64,000 bases of DNA from Camelus dromedarius (lineage: Eukaryota), in assembly GCF_036321535.1 (NCBI RefSeq), contig NC_087437.1, positions 68,884,001-68,948,000 of the forward strand, written 5' to 3'. This document shows positions 25,089 to 38,843 of the stretch, one piece after another; positions within the stretch are counted from its first letter, which is position 1, and every line of letters begins with the position of its first letter. Position numbers and translations under genes: made by a program. Under the pieces are notes generated by a model. The model was not told the origin of the DNA and made no database searches. It saw only the letters and a list, made by a program, of their open reading frames with translations.

Positions 25089-26284
25089 ACCCTGGTGCAA
25101 CCCGTTCCCTCAGATGCTTTGGTGCAACACCTGCCACATTGTAACTACTCAATAAATGCTTACTATGTATCAGTTCAGTTTTCTTAGTATCCAGTAACAT
25201 GCCATGTTCAACCCTGTCCTTGTTTAGTTGTCCACACTTTATAAATTGGTTTTCACCCAATCTCCTCCTGCTCGGATCCATCTTGACTCACGTGAAATTC
25301 CAGTCAAGTTTCTTAGAAACTTTGAAGTCATCACTAACTCTTCCTTTCCTGAATACACATTGACCCATGCCATTTATTTTTATTATTATATATTGGCATA
25401 AATGTGTGCTAGTTTGCTTCCGTGGTAGAATTGTCTTCCCATCTGAATGAGGAGGGCTGTGGCTGTATCCCACACATCTGTTCTAGTCATCACAGTGTCC
25501 AAAATAACTGTTGAATCAACAGGATGGATTATTTGCTTTTAGGTACTCAAATGTGTACCTATTTTGAAGGTTGTAGAAAAACTCATAAAACTCTTTATTT
25601 GGCTAACAAGAGGGTAGAGGGTGAGAGTAAATAGTTACTCGATTTCTCTTAAAGTACTAAAGGAAGACTTGGAAAAACTTAAAAACTCAACTCTATTGCC
25701 AAAGTAAAATCTGCTCTCTTGAAGTCTGAGTGCTTTGAATCTCAAATCTACTGCATAGCTGAACCTCTTGTCTCCATTATAAATACTTGATGTAAATATA
25801 TATTATACATAATTAACACTAATGATATGCACACATATATGTGACTTAGCTGTTAGGGAGGCTTTATTTTGCTTCCCTGGAGTTCTGTCTCTGTGCCTCA
25901 CTATTAAAATGAAGCAAAATGAGAAAGACAATTTCAAAGAGGCCCCTATCACTCCTTCCCTGATTGAGGCCTGAAGTCCTGTTAGAATTTGTGGGCACCA
26001 AGCAGTATTTTGTAAAGTTCTCCATAATTTTTTCAAGAAAGGTGAGGGTTTCTAGCAAAGGGACTTCTGAGGCTTTTTTCTCGTATTTTGAATCCTCTCT
26101 TCTCAAAAGAGCCATGTAAGCATTTACCTACTAAATTGAGCAAGGTCTCTTCAGCAAGGTGCTAACTCCTCTGCATTTAGATGGTTGACTTGTAGTTAAT
26201 TTTGTATGGAACAGAATTGCTTGAACACCATTCAGTTTATCAGATATCTCTTTAGAAAGTAAATTTGTTTTAGTAGAAACTGTG

Positions 26285-26830
26285 AATTAATTCATTTGTT
26301 CATTCATTCAGTAAAGACTCAATGAGTGACCGTGAGTGCTGGCCATGTCCTGTACGTTGTAGAGGATAGAAAGATGCGTCAGGTTCAGTGTCTACTTTCA
26401 GTCAGCTTATGGCTGGTGGAAGATATATGTCCATAAAGACCTACATTGTCAGGAGAAAGAATTAAGTGTCTATAAAAGAGACTAGGCGTGATGCGTGTTG
26501 AGAAAGAGAACAAAGTCCCCGGAGGGTATTAGGGAAACTTTCCTGCAGTCGCTGTATTTAGGTTGGATCAGCAAAGATGCATCGAGTCCTGTGGAGCTGG
26601 GGAGCTGAAGTGCTTAAACTAAACCTGGCCACTCTTGAATCTGTTTGAATTCTAGAGAGGGGGGGACCTACCACGGATGGAGGGATATAGAGATGGAGGG
26701 ATGTGGAGAAGATTGGAAGCGCTGGCTGGTGCCAGTTCAAGGAGGCTGTCAACTTTAGGCCAAGGAGAATGGGTTTGTGCTGCGCATAACAGGAAGGGAA
26801 GTGAAATGAATCCATTTGTGCTTTCACAAG
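26285..26830 (-). mobile_element. L2 LINE 3' end
   Basis: Begins with an (ATTC)n L2 tail 'ttcatttgttcattcattcagtaaag', then an L2-like body. Confidence 0.65.
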
Positions 26831-29179
26831 GTTAGTCTGGCAATAGCACATACATTGAATTGTCTGTAATCATCCTTCCGGTCTCACATCTGTGATTTTG
26901 ATGAATTGGTCTCTTTGTGGACTTTTACCCCTCCTGTACCTTGAGACTTACAGGAATTTCTTGGGCAGAGTTGCTTTCCTAAATAAAGAGGCGGGCCCTA
27001 GGATCCATGACCGCCTTAGTGAAAAGACTTGTCTGGAGGTCTACAAAGTGAATTAAGTAGGTAAACCTCCTGGAAGAAAGACTGACTCAGTTATATATGT
27101 GTAGACATCGTGACTCAACAGGTTTATCATGGGCTTCCAAACAGTATTGAAAGAGAAAAATCAAGAGCTGTCAGCACTCTGCAGACATAGTTGGTTTCCA
27201 ATAGCAGAGATGATTTTTATCACACCTAAGTTGCTCCAGAGTGTGGTCTGGGCTGAGAATAGAAGTTAAGCATGCGCTAGGTAAATATTGACATCCCACA
27301 GATAACCTTCTACTCTCCTATAGGGAACACGTCCAGCAAATGAATATTTTAGCTGTCTTATATTATGAAGTCATTGGGTGAGATCTGGAGGGTTGCCGTT
27401 TTAGCCTCATATTAATGAATTATGAATGATCAGGATGTGCATTCAGAGTGAGAGAAAATGTGTACTCCCAGAAGACACTATGATTTTTTTTTTTGTTTCA
27501 CATTACTTTGTACCTAAACTAGGGTGAAAAATTATAAAACCAATACAGCTCCCATCAGTGTATTTCTAGGCTGAGAAACTCAAAGTCAGCCTTATAAGTT
27601 TATTTTGCTTTTTTAAATTGATGCACATTTGTGGAAATTAGATAGGTATTTAAAATTACAGAAAATAAATGTTTCTTAACCCTACCACACATGTCAACAA
27701 AATTGAAGTCACTCTGTTCTGTAAACTTGATACACTTCATCACACAAAAGCTCTTGAGTTTTATGCATGAAATGTCATTCTTTTCATACTTCTCAAAACT
27801 GTTTGGGGCTGCTCTGTGTTACAGTTTTTAGATTTGCTGGCCCCCTCTCCTCTGCCTCCTGGCCCCCTCTTTAGCTGTATGCCCCTTCTCTGCAGATGGC
27901 TGGACAGCTCTTTTCCAAAAGCATTGTTAGGTGGGGTGTATTCACAAAAGCAGAGCGATTGCGCCCTCAGCTGGCCAGAGAAGTGATTACATTTTGAGAT
28001 TCCCTGAGCTTGAGCAGAGCAAAGGAGGAAGGCTGCAACTCTGCAGAGAGAGGAAGATGTGCTTTCTTGTGGATTCTAAAGTTTAGCGATTTCCCAAGGC
28101 ACACTCATTATCGTAGACATTATCACCCTCTCCCTGGTATTTCTGGAATTATCAAGGAAGAGAGAAAAGTATACGCTGAGCTCCTCAAGGAACACTACTT
28201 ATCACTGGCATTTTCCAGACTGCCAGCTAAATGGAGTCAACAAAAGTTTAAATTCGTAATAAGCGTGCCACAGGACCATGATAAAAATCTCTGGAAAGGA
28301 TAAATGAATGACTCATAACTATTTTTCATTTGTGTCTTTAATGCACCTGTCTACTTTTTAGGAGGAAATCAGCATTAAACTAATTTAGTACTTTCTAAAT
28401 CTGAAGATGAAAATAGGCATTTTGGTGTTTCCTCCTGACCTCCCCAGACTGAATGGGAAGAAAGGAAATGATTTTCCAGGACCCAGGCAGGATAGTGAGC
28501 ACACTGACTGTGTGTAAAGGGGGTCAGGACCCTTCCTGCAGCTAAGGGACCCCAAGCAATAAGTCATTCCCATCCCGTAAGCAGAAGAGCTGCATCCTTT
28601 CCAGGAAGGCTCAGAAGGTGCAGTAACAGTGGCAGAAACCAGCTCTTTGCCTGGGATGCCAGGCTGCTTTGGAAGGAGCACCACGGGCACTTTCTTCATG
28701 GGCTTAGTGGGTGTCACTGGGTGACATTAAGAGTCTCAGTTGTTTACACCAAAGTCATCTGTCGATTGCTATTGTTTCTTTTTCTGAAAGCCATTCACAG
28801 TTTTAACTCTCAAGTGTTGCACTTCTACCTGAATTCAAACTGCTGAATTATGACGCATTGATTTGGGCATACCGTGTTTCCAACTAATGTAGGGAAAAAC
28901 CTGGTGACCAGAAGGAGAAAAGTGGTAACAAATGTAAGGGGGATAGGTCCCCAATTAGAGATGTTTTCCCAGCATTTTAAATATGTACATTGCACTACGG
29001 GTCCTGAGGCCCTGAGGCTGTGATAACACTGTCAGAAATCTCCGAAGAACTGGTATAACCAGCCCTGACCTCCTCCTGACCTGGTCCCCAAATCACACAA
29101 ACTCACAAGCTCCAACGGCCCCCCACCTTTTTTTTTGCTTGACCCCTTGCTCCCTGAAATTCAGCACTTTATACTTTGA

Positions 29180-29990
29180 ACTTGAGCATTAAAAAAAAAA
29201 AAATGAACAAAACAGCTTTCTCATCTTCTGGGTGAATCCACTCACTCCCCTGACTTGTCTTTTCTCACTGTGACAGCATCGTTTTCTCAGTAATGCATTC
29301 GTTTCTCACGACTCTTTCTTTCATGCATCTATTTTCCAAAGAGATCCCTATGCTGCTTTGGTTCTTCTCCAGTTTTCTTCCTTTCCTTGTTCTTCCTTTA
29401 ACACCACCCCTGCAGTTCTGTCCCAAAGCACGACTAAGTTACACAACAGCTCTGTGAGGCCGTCTCTCCATCTGTGGCCTTCTCACAGGATGCTCACCGA
29501 GCCCTGAAGGAAGGGCAGCGTGCTACCTGTGGCTTTCACCGTGTGGGGGATCTGCCTCTGCTCTTTGCTGCGGAAGCTCCTGCTCTGTGACCTCACTTGT
29601 CCCCAGGCTTGTCCCTCACACATGCTCTGTGTTGGCTGGATTCTAGACTTTTCCACATAGTTCTCCCTGCCAGAGATGCCTTCCTCTCTCCTTTCACTTA
29701 TTGAAACTATAACCATCTTTCAAGGACAAACCTATATCCTACCTCTTTTCTGATAACTTCTCTGAATACCATGCAAAGAAAGAGATCCTATACTCCCTTC
29801 ATCCAGCCCTCTATACAGAACAAGAGTAGTATTTGCCATGCCATGAATATGGTACCTTTTATCCTTCAAGTGTATTTCTCATGCATTTTCCTAGATTATG
29901 ATATGTTTGGGGTCTCGTTCATCCTTAGGACTCACTCATCCTTACATTCTGTCAAGCACCTAACTTTTAGTGCTCTATACATCTGAAATA
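29180..29990 (+). mobile_element. L2 LINE fragment(s)
   Basis: Pyrimidine-rich degenerate L2-like sequence ('ttccacatagttctccctgccagagatgccttcc...catctttcaaggacaaacc'). Confidence 0.55.
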
Positions 29991-31189
29991 ACTATGTCTG
30001 TTGGTAAGTTGGACATACATTTATTTTAAACATTTATTTTTAGCGGAAAATGCACTTACAAAAATACTTGTACTTAAATTTTTCCTTTATCTAAATCAGG
30101 GGTTTCAGCTAAAGACCTTGCTGAAAGAACAATATACTAGCATCTTACACAGCAATAAGATTTCAAAGAGTGCTCTAAGGCAATTCTTTAGGGTGATTGC
30201 TCCAGTGAACAGGTTAAAATCGAATATAGTTAATACATTGATCACTTACAAAAAAATAACACTTGGAATCTTTTTTCCTTGATGGTTTCTAAACCTGCAT
30301 TCTGAAACTTACCAAGAGCAGCCAGATAAGCTTCACAAATCCTTTCTTTATAGGTACTCCATCCAGCCCATATCTAAACACACATTTGGCAACATTAGAA
30401 GTCAAATTAATAAAATTCTCCTGTATTACTAATCTTAGCTAAACTGTGGTCTCCATGCCTTGAATAGAAATGTGAAGAGATACTTGTCATTCAGTAAATG
30501 TTTACTGAGTAACCAATATGTGTCTGGAACCAGGGAAACTATGGTTAGCAAAACAGATACGGTCCCTGTCCTCATTTCTAAGCTTTTTGCTAGGAGTAGG
30601 CCTTTTCTATTTTATTTTCTGTTTGAAATCCCATTTTAGGAATGTAAATCATTGTTAAAAAAAGAATTAAGGAATGTAAACTGGGTAGCTGTGTTTCCAT
30701 TGTCCGCTTACCTCCTTACTTAAAAACGACAGTGGATAACATAGGAGAAATTTATTCTTATTTTTGCTTCACAGCAAAAAAAAAAAAAAGAAAAAGTAAC
30801 AAGAAAGCTTATCACCAGTGTTACTAGAGGGAGGACTTTACTGAGTGTCTCCTGGTTGAGTGCATGTGATTCAAACGTTTTCTTCCTCCCTTTCTCTTCA
30901 AATCATGAAACATACCTATAATGTATATTTTGCATAGATGGGGAAACTAAACAGAAAGCTTTATAAAAATTGAAATTTCAAGTTGAAAGGGACACTTGAG
31001 AGTATGTAGTCCAACCACCTCATTTTTCCATAAAGGGAAAAAAAAATTCAGGAAGAAAATTATTTTCTCAATAGTTCACAGTAAATTAGTAGCAGATCGC
31101 AGACGAGAAAATGTTTTCAGCCATCCCTTCAGTTTTCCTTCCTCTGAACCACATTGTTCTTGACAGCTACTTTTTTTCACCTATTCTTT

Positions 31190-31870
31190 CCACACAAACA
31201 TTCTTTTTTCTACTGTGTCTAGCATACCTTTGCAGTCACTGTGGATAAAGTAACAAAAACCCAGTCCGTACTATTAAGAACCTCACAGCCTGAAGAAGAG
31301 ACACCTGCTACAGGGCAGTTTGACAAATGTTATAATAGGAGATTGCCTAGGGTATCATGGGAGCAAAACAGAAGAGTATCTGACACACAGGAGAAAAGGC
31401 TAGAGAGGGCTTCCTGAAAGAGGTGAAACCCACTCCAGCTCTTAGAAAAAGTACATAAATAATAATTATGTACCTGAGAATAAAGCCATGAGCTGATACT
31501 CCAGACAGACGGAACGATTGTGCAAAGCCTCAGAGTATGAAACCGCATGGTCGAGTGCGTAGGACATCGGGTGTGAGGCACATAGTGAAAGGTGAATCCC
31601 AGAGGGCAGTGGGGGCTAGATTACCAAGGGTCTTGGATGCTCTGCAGAAGAATTTTGTGATTTTTTTTTCCCTAATAGTGATAAAGAGCTTTAAAATGGT
31701 TTTCACAGTGGGGAGTGATGAGTGTTTGTGTATGTTAAATGATTACATCTTCACTTTCAAGAGATCATTCCTGTAGCAGTGTTGGGGACAGAGGTTGATG
31801 GGACTGGCAGCAGAGAGATCAGATAGGAGATTGTGGTAGTAATTCAAGCAACTGATGATAAACACTCAAC
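31190..31870 (-). mobile_element. L2 LINE 3' region
   Basis: 'agagagggcttcctgaaagaggtga...tgtgcaaagcctcagagtatga...gatcattcctgtagcagtgttgggg...ggagattgtggtagtaattcaagc'. Confidence 0.75.
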
Positions 31871-32999
31871 CTAAATCTTACCCCTATCACTCATGTTGGC
31901 CCAAAGAAAATGTGGGTGTCAGGTACACAATCCACAGCAAGATAAGCCCACAGTGCCTTAGTCTGTGAGTGAGCTATGGGAATCCATATGCCCCTAAGAG
32001 TGAAACTGACCCGGTGCATGTGGGTACGTACATTTCACTGAAAAAAGAGTATACCATATTCTGAAAGAGATGAGCCGCCTTTGAAATTTTTAGCATCTCC
32101 CGCACTAGAAGCCTGAAAGAGTTGAGGCAGTTTCTCCGGTGCCTAACACTGCACCTAGGGAAACCCAGTCTTCCTGGATAATTAGATCAGGGCTTTACAC
32201 AGAAAAGAAATGATTTTTTGAGACATGTATCTTCTGGCTAAAATCGATGTAGTAGATTTGTAACTCTGCAGAAGCAGTGGTAATTATCATGCCTCTCCCA
32301 GCAGAATTTAAGCAACAATTCATAAAATTTTAGAGATCGAGCCTTTTGGTGGTGGAGGTAAAGAGACATTGAAAAATGGACACTTGGTTGACATCCTTTG
32401 GTATAAGCAGGAGTTGCTGTAATTTCTGAGGCACAGCATAGCAGCTGGGACCAGTTTATCTTAACTCTTAATTTAGATGATTGGGATGTATTCTGCCCTA
32501 GTATAACTTTTTCCTTGTGAGGAACCAAAATGCTATGTGTTTCAGAAAACAGTAAAGATAGTCAACAGTTTCAACACGACTCAGATGACTTAATCTAGAG
32601 TATGTAATGTTGCAGCATAAATGATTTATACTATTAACTGACAGGACTAGTCTATGTCAACATCAAGACTGCCTGATCCGTAACAAGGAAAACCGATGAA
32701 ATGTGTATTTCTTTAGTATTATTATGCAGTTGCATGCTGGGTGCTACAGACATTTAGGAAAAGATGCCAACCGAGTGGTACAAAATGCAGATCAGGGCAT
32801 AAATGCTACCTTTCAAATGCAATGTGCTATTGATTATTCCTATAAAATTAATCCTCAGTTACTGAGAACTGTGACCTTGTTTTCATATTTTGGAGGAATA
32901 ACACCTATTAATGCTGAGACTTTGCTATTATTTTACTTTCTGTTTAAGTAATAATTTATGGATATATGCATATTGATGTTTATGCACACATACTTATTA

Positions 33000-33420
33000 C
33001 ACACGCAGATATATAAATTGCAAAGTAAAATTTATAAAGAATAGCCAACCTAAGGGCTGGGGTATCGCCCAAATTACATCCACCTGTGTGCTCCTTTCCT
33101 GTTTGACCCCCTTTTCTCTTCTTAGGGGTAATCACTCTGAATTTTGTGTTTATTATTCATCTGCTTTTTGATGCAATAGCTGTGACATCTATGTGTGTAT
33201 ATGTACTGAAACGATAAATTTATTTTACTTGTTTTTAAGCTTTATAAAATAATATCAAATATATATAGTGTTCTAGGACTTTTTACTCAGCATTATGTTT
33301 ATTGATTTCTCATCAGTGTATAATATTCCACTGAGTGACTATTGCACAATCCATTTATCCATTCTTTGGTCAATGGACATTAAAATTTTAATGGTTCCAG
33401 TATGAATGTTGTGAAAATGT
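33000..33420 (-). mobile_element. Old L1 (L1ME-like) 3' fragment
   Basis: 'ggtaatcactctgaattttgtgtttattattc...ttttactcagcattatgttt...tttatccattctttggtcaatggacatt'. Confidence 0.65.
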
Positions 33421-34050
33421 CTTAATTGCATTATTGTAGATAATTTATTATTCTCATTTTCATCATCTAAAATGACAGTGTCCAGACTCTGAATCTGCTT
33501 CTCTACAGGTATAGTGACATTGTTTGTCTCAGAACTGATCCTGAGTTTTCTGGAAATATTTATCCCATCAGCCAACTTTCTGGACAGTCACTCACTCCCT
33601 GTATTTGTGCAGTAAAGGAAGATTGGCTGTCGGACACCCCTGGTGGTATATAGGGTAGCCTCCCTAGAGAGCGGCATATTAAATCAAAGGCCGAAGCATC
33701 TTTCTTTTAAGAGATGTCTTTGTGATCTAGAAAAAAATGTATATATCCTTCTTTATTGGCTAGGCCAGCAATAGTCCCCTTTCACCAGCATGAAAATATT
33801 TTTATTATCTGTGAACCTACAGAGCCTAGGGAGGGACTTCAGCTCCCTCTTCTGTCTCCTTTGCTTGGTGATTAGATATGAAAGAAGAGTGCTCTTCAGT
33901 ACACTGGGCATTTGTATGAGAGTGTTTTGGAAAAAGCGTTTACCCTGAGCCCGTATCATAGATCTAATCATCAGGAGCAGTGCAACCCTGCATTGTCACC
34001 ATCGCCACCTTCACCAGAATTGCCTGGAAACATGAGACCTGGTAGTTTTT

Positions 34051-34499
34051 TTTTTCTTTTCTTTTCTTTTTTTATTGAGGTATAGTTGATGATGTATGGC
34101 ATAGTGATTCAGTTACATACATATTCCTTTTCATATTCTTTTTCATTATAGGCTATTACAGGGTATTGAATATAGTTCCCTGTGTTATACAGTAGGACTT
34201 GCTGTTTGTGTATTCATATATAATAGTCTGTATCTGCAAATCCTGAACTCCCAATTATCCCTCTCCTGCACCCTGGTAACTATAAGTTTGTTTTCTATTT
34301 CTGTGAGTATGTTTCTGTTTTGTAAATAAGTTCATTTGTCTTTTTTTTTAAAATTCTGCATATAAGTGATGCCATATGGTATTTTTCTTACTCTTTCTGG
34401 CTTACTTCACTTAGTGTGATAATCTCCAGATCCATCCATGTTGCTGCAAATGGTGTTATTTGATTCTTCTTTTATGACTGAGTAGTATTCCATTGTATA
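34051..34499 (-). mobile_element. L1 3' end (artiodactyl/camelid-type), 5'-truncated
   Basis: T-rich tail, 'tttattgaggtatagttgat', and a 3'UTR similar to the 9.5-kb L1 (tctggcttacttcacttag). 14-bp TSD with 1 mismatch: acctggtagttttt (34037-34050) and acctagtagttttt (34500-34513). Confidence 0.92.
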
Positions 34500-35399
34500 A
34501 CCTAGTAGTTTTTCTATTCCTTAATGTTCAACTTTAAATAGAATTCTAGACATTAAGCAACAAATAAAGTTAAATCTTCAGTGATACCGCAGTGTTTGCA
34601 TTATGAAATATTATTTATAAAAATGTTGGCTATTTTGAATAATACCTTGGTCCTCAAATATAAAGAGATGACATCATCAAACAAAAATGTAAAAACATTA
34701 ACAGTGTATAACTCCGCTTCCTTATTGTAAGCATTATAAGCAATAGCATGACTTTGCTCTTTTTGAGAAATTGATGATATATATCACAATTTTAAAAAAT
34801 GGAGCAAATCTGAAAAAAATACACATTTGTCCATTCATGAATACATTCTCTAAGGAGAGATTATTGCATTATGATTACATTTTCCAGGTACTGAAATTTT
34901 GTTTGCTGACATGTGAGCGCATGAATAAGAAATACATTCACCCACATGTTCACTGCATGCTCTTATTTGCTTAAACCAACAGGCAGTGTGGCTAACTGAC
35001 ACCTGCTAGAATAGCACTTGATAATGCCAGTAAAAGACACCCTGACATAGTGCTAGGAAACCGTTCCAGGATAGACTGGGCTCAAAGATAAATATTCTGA
35101 AAAGCTCAGAGCACTGTACTACAGTATAGCTGCTAAATATTTCTTAATATTCATTGCATTTCTCTTTTTAGTGCTATATCTTCTGATAACATACTCAGAC
35201 CCAAATTCTGAAATTACACACATCTTGGCCACCTACAATTTCCAATACATCTATTTTTCTTATTTATCTGGCATTGTTGCCTGCATTGGAGGTGTTGGTA
35301 TGTGCTTTCATGGGAAAATAGAGTGCTATTCCAGCAACTCTCTCCACAGGGAAGATACCAGCTAGTAAATGGCACAGCTCTCCTTGTCTGTTTCCCATT

Positions 35400-36330
35400 A
35401 CTAATCTACAAATCTATCTTTACCTAGAATTTTATTATTTCTCTCCTCTCTAGTTACTATGAACAAAGCATCCCTTGTCCTCCCAACGATGTAGCTCTTC
35501 AGCTTTCCTGAATCTTAACCCCCTCCTCTTTCTGAGACACTATTCCATCAGTTGTTACCCACACACATGCACACACACACATACACACACAGTCTCCTAA
35601 ATCTTCGTTTTTCTTTTTTACTATATCCCTCGCATCAGCATTTAAATAAACTCTAACAAAGGTGGCAAGCAAACACAAACCCATGATACAATGACACCAT
35701 GCCCTCAAGCTACAGTCTTAACCTCTTTATTGTCTTTCACTAAAAGCCCATCCTGTGCCCTACTCTCTCACTCCCCATTCTTTATCATCACTATTTGTTC
35801 TTTATTATTGTAAATTTGAATTTTGAATGATTTTCTCCCTTCCTGCCAATCTTTGTCCCTCTCCAATTTGGCCTGTACCCACCACCATTCCACTGATGTG
35901 TTTCTTGCTACATTTACCAGCCATCATGTTTACCATGACCAACATGTTGCCAAATCCAGGAAGCACTTTGCAATCCTCACCCTGTTTGACGTCTCAGCAA
36001 CTAACAGCACAGTTGGCTTTTGCCTTTCTTCTTGCAACGTGGTCTTCACTTGGCTTCCATGACCCTGGTTCTCATTATTTTATTCCCATCTTTCTATCTA
36101 CTCCTCCGTTTCCTTTGCAGTCTCCTCTGTATCCTCCCAGCTTCTAAATGTTGGGGTGCATCAGACTTCAATTCAGGGTCCTCTTTCCTTTCCATACTGT
36201 TTTGTCTTAACGGGCCACCTCACCCAGCCGTCTAGGCTTGGAGATTGTGTGTAAGCTGAGGCATCACGCTTCCCCTTGTGAGCTCTGGATTCCCATTTGC
36301 AGATGTTACGTGGCATGTCCACTGGGAGAC
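35400..36330 (+). mobile_element. L2 LINE ORF2-region fragment
   Basis: 'catgttgccaaatccaggaagcac...cctcaccctgtttgacgtctcagcaactaacagcacagttg...tcttcacttggcttccatgac'. Confidence 0.7.
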
Positions 36331-36857
36331 AAGGGCTCAGCTGTAGATTACAGGTACACCCCGTTAATATCTACCTCCATCAGCAACTGCATGAACTACG
36401 TGAGTGTCAGTCCTCATAACTCTTCCAATAATGGAAGACTTCCACTGCAGGTAGATGGCTAGAAGCCTGTGTAATTCTGAGAGTCAATAACAATGACTAA
36501 TGATGAAGAGTAAAGGGAGAATGGTTTCTCCTTCGTGCACCTCTACCATTTTCCTTCTTCCTTTTCATAATATTCAGCTATGAGGCTGATGGGATTTTCC
36601 GTAGTTCATGGACCCACCAATAATGGTACCTCCCTTGTATGTTCATACTTTTCATTTTCTAACTAGCCGAGGTTCTCTAAGAATTCTTCTGATTATTTTT
36701 TATCCATGGTGATTCTGTCCATTTGAATGACTCTTAAGGAAACTATTTGCACATACCTCTTGTCAGCCTGAGGCTGGTATTGGAGTGGTATTTCTGACAG
36801 TGATTGCTGCGTGAGGGAGGATGTACTGGGAAAATTGAGAACAAAGTCCTCTCCCAC

Positions 36858-37000
36858 AACACACAGACACACACAGACGTAGATGCACAGAGACACAGAC
36901 ACACAGACACACATGAGAAAGAGAGAGAGCGTGAGCAGGGGAAGGGAGTGGAGGGAGAGGAGGGCAGAGGAGAGGAGGGGAAAGGAGGAAAGAAGAGGGT
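36858..37000 (+). repeat. Imperfect (CA)n followed by a polypurine GA-rich tract
   Basis: 'acacacagacacacacagac...' then 'gagggagaggagggcagaggagaggaggggaaaggagg'. Confidence 0.8.
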
Positions 37001-38260
37001 TACATGAAATACAGAAATTGTATGACATCAGGAGGCCAGACCCAGAGAGGGAAAGGGAGCCCATCCGTGGGACGACCAGTGGAATATCAGTGTGAGTCAG
37101 AATGGATTTGAGATGCCGTCCTCTTAATTCTGGCCTCTGTGCCCCAACTTAGAACAGGATTTCAAATCCATTGCTATGCAGAGGGGACTGCATCCTGCCT
37201 TCTTAGGACTAAGCTTGGGTCTTGGCATGGCTCTTAGACCAGCTCTAGGCTCTTGGCTTTACTTTGTTGGCAGTGTCCGTAATCCCACCCAGATCATTAA
37301 TTTATTCACAATTTCTCATGGCAGATATTCTTGTGGGGTGCCTGGCCCCCTCCCTGATTCTCCTGGTCCCAAATCTTGTCCTTTTTAGGAAGTAAGGAAG
37401 ATATTTTGTGACTTCTGTGCAGTGATAAAATGCCAGAAAATATAATACTTCCCAGCCAAGCGAGGTTACTAGGGAGATACATCAGAACCGACACATAGTC
37501 AATCTGGAGCAGTGCAGCTAGGTGAAGACGTGGATGGATATTAAGAGTGACTGTGTGTTTGAACCGTTTCCCTCTTCATTGGGATCTATATATAAAGCGT
37601 GTCTGTGCTGAAATGCTAACTGTGGCGGGAATGTCTGACTCAATTGTTCTCTTTTAGTTATTACATGTGACTAAGAAAAACAAATATAAAAACTCAAAGA
37701 CCTGCAAGGAGAAGGAAAGACATTAGGGACGGAATGGCAGAAAATCACTAAGACAGCGAGTTCTTCTTTCACTCTCCGTCCCCTATGCCACCATTTTTAA
37801 ACCAAACCATAGTGACTTTTATGGATTCAAATTATCTTGAAGCCCTAGGGGCTTCTACTGGTCTGTTTCAGAAGCTCGCTTTTAACACAATCTCAAATGT
37901 ACCTGGATTAAGAAATATTTTAAGGAAAAATGCTCAGTTTAGTTCAATTAAATTCAACACATATCGATTGTGTGCCTGCGTGTATTAGGCGTTGCAGTGC
38001 GTACTGGGGATGCCTCAGAGATCCAGACTGACACCATCCCTGCTTTCACGAAGCTTATGGTCCAATCAGCAAGGCAGCATTTAAGATGCAGTTTTGAGAG
38101 AGATTTATGTTTGCCAGGGATAATATTCAACTCAGGTGAGAGGAACTGTAAAATAAAAATGGCTCTAGGATTTATTTAAATTAGTAACTATGGTATAATT
38201 TGCCCTCTCCTGGAGAGTCATAATTCATATTTCCATATTTGAAACTCTAGGAAAAGAAAC

Positions 38261-38843
38261 TGTCTTGGTCCGTTCAGGCTGCTACGACAAAATGGGTGGC
38301 TCAAACAACAAACATTCCTTTCTCACGGTTTTGGTGAATGGAAAGTCCAGGATCAAGGTCAAGGCAAATCCAGTGTCTGGTGAGGCCTCCCTTCCTGGCT
38401 CATAAGGCTGTCTTCTTCTTGTGTCCTCACATGTTGAAAGGGGCAAGTGACCTCTCTAGGGTCTCTTTTGTAAGGGCACTGATCCCATTCATGAGCGCTC
38501 TACCCTCATGACCTACTCTCCTCCTGAAGACCCCACTCCTAATACCATCACATTGGGAGTTAGGATTTCAGTACAGTTGACCCTTCAGCAATGCACAGGT
38601 CAGGGGCAGTAACCCTCCAGCACAGTTGAAAATCTGCATACAATTTATAGTCAGTCGTCTGTATCCATTATTCTACACCCCTGGACTCAACCAAGTGCGG
38701 GTTGTGTATTACTGTGGTATTTACTATTGAAAAAGAAATCCACATATAAGTGGACCTACACAGTTCAAGGGTATGTGAATTTTGTTGTTCAAGGGTCAAT
38801 ACTAAATGAATTTGGGGGGGACACAAACATTCAGTCCATAGCA
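38261..38843 (-). mobile_element. MLT1A/MLT1A0-type solo LTR (ERVL-MaLR), interrupted by a Tigger MITE
   Basis: TG...CA ends (tgtcttggtccgttcaggctgct ... cattcagtccatagca) with a perfect 5-bp TSD GAAAC at 38256-38260 and 38844-38848. Confidence 0.9.
38574..38802. mobile_element. Tigger1-derived MITE (Tigger1a/MER8-like) nested in the LTR
   Basis: TIRs cagttgaccctt... and ...ttgttcaagggtcaa, with TA dinucleotides at 38572-38573 and 38803-38804. Confidence 0.85.

Noticed and set aside
27880..27940. Possible micro-exon (ccccttctctgcag|ATGGCTGG...GTTAG|gtgggg)
   Set aside because: The donor is weak and the peptide (MAGQLFSKSIV) is not recognisable. It cannot be supported without RNA-seq.
28675..28695. 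Partial REST/RE1-like word GGAGCACCACGGGCAC
   Set aside because: Key positions of both RE1 half-sites (TCAG and GGACAG) are mismatched.
37580..37645. TATA-like CTATATATAAAG followed by an AP-1 site TGACTCA
   Set aside because: Short motifs expected by chance, with no other promoter evidence.
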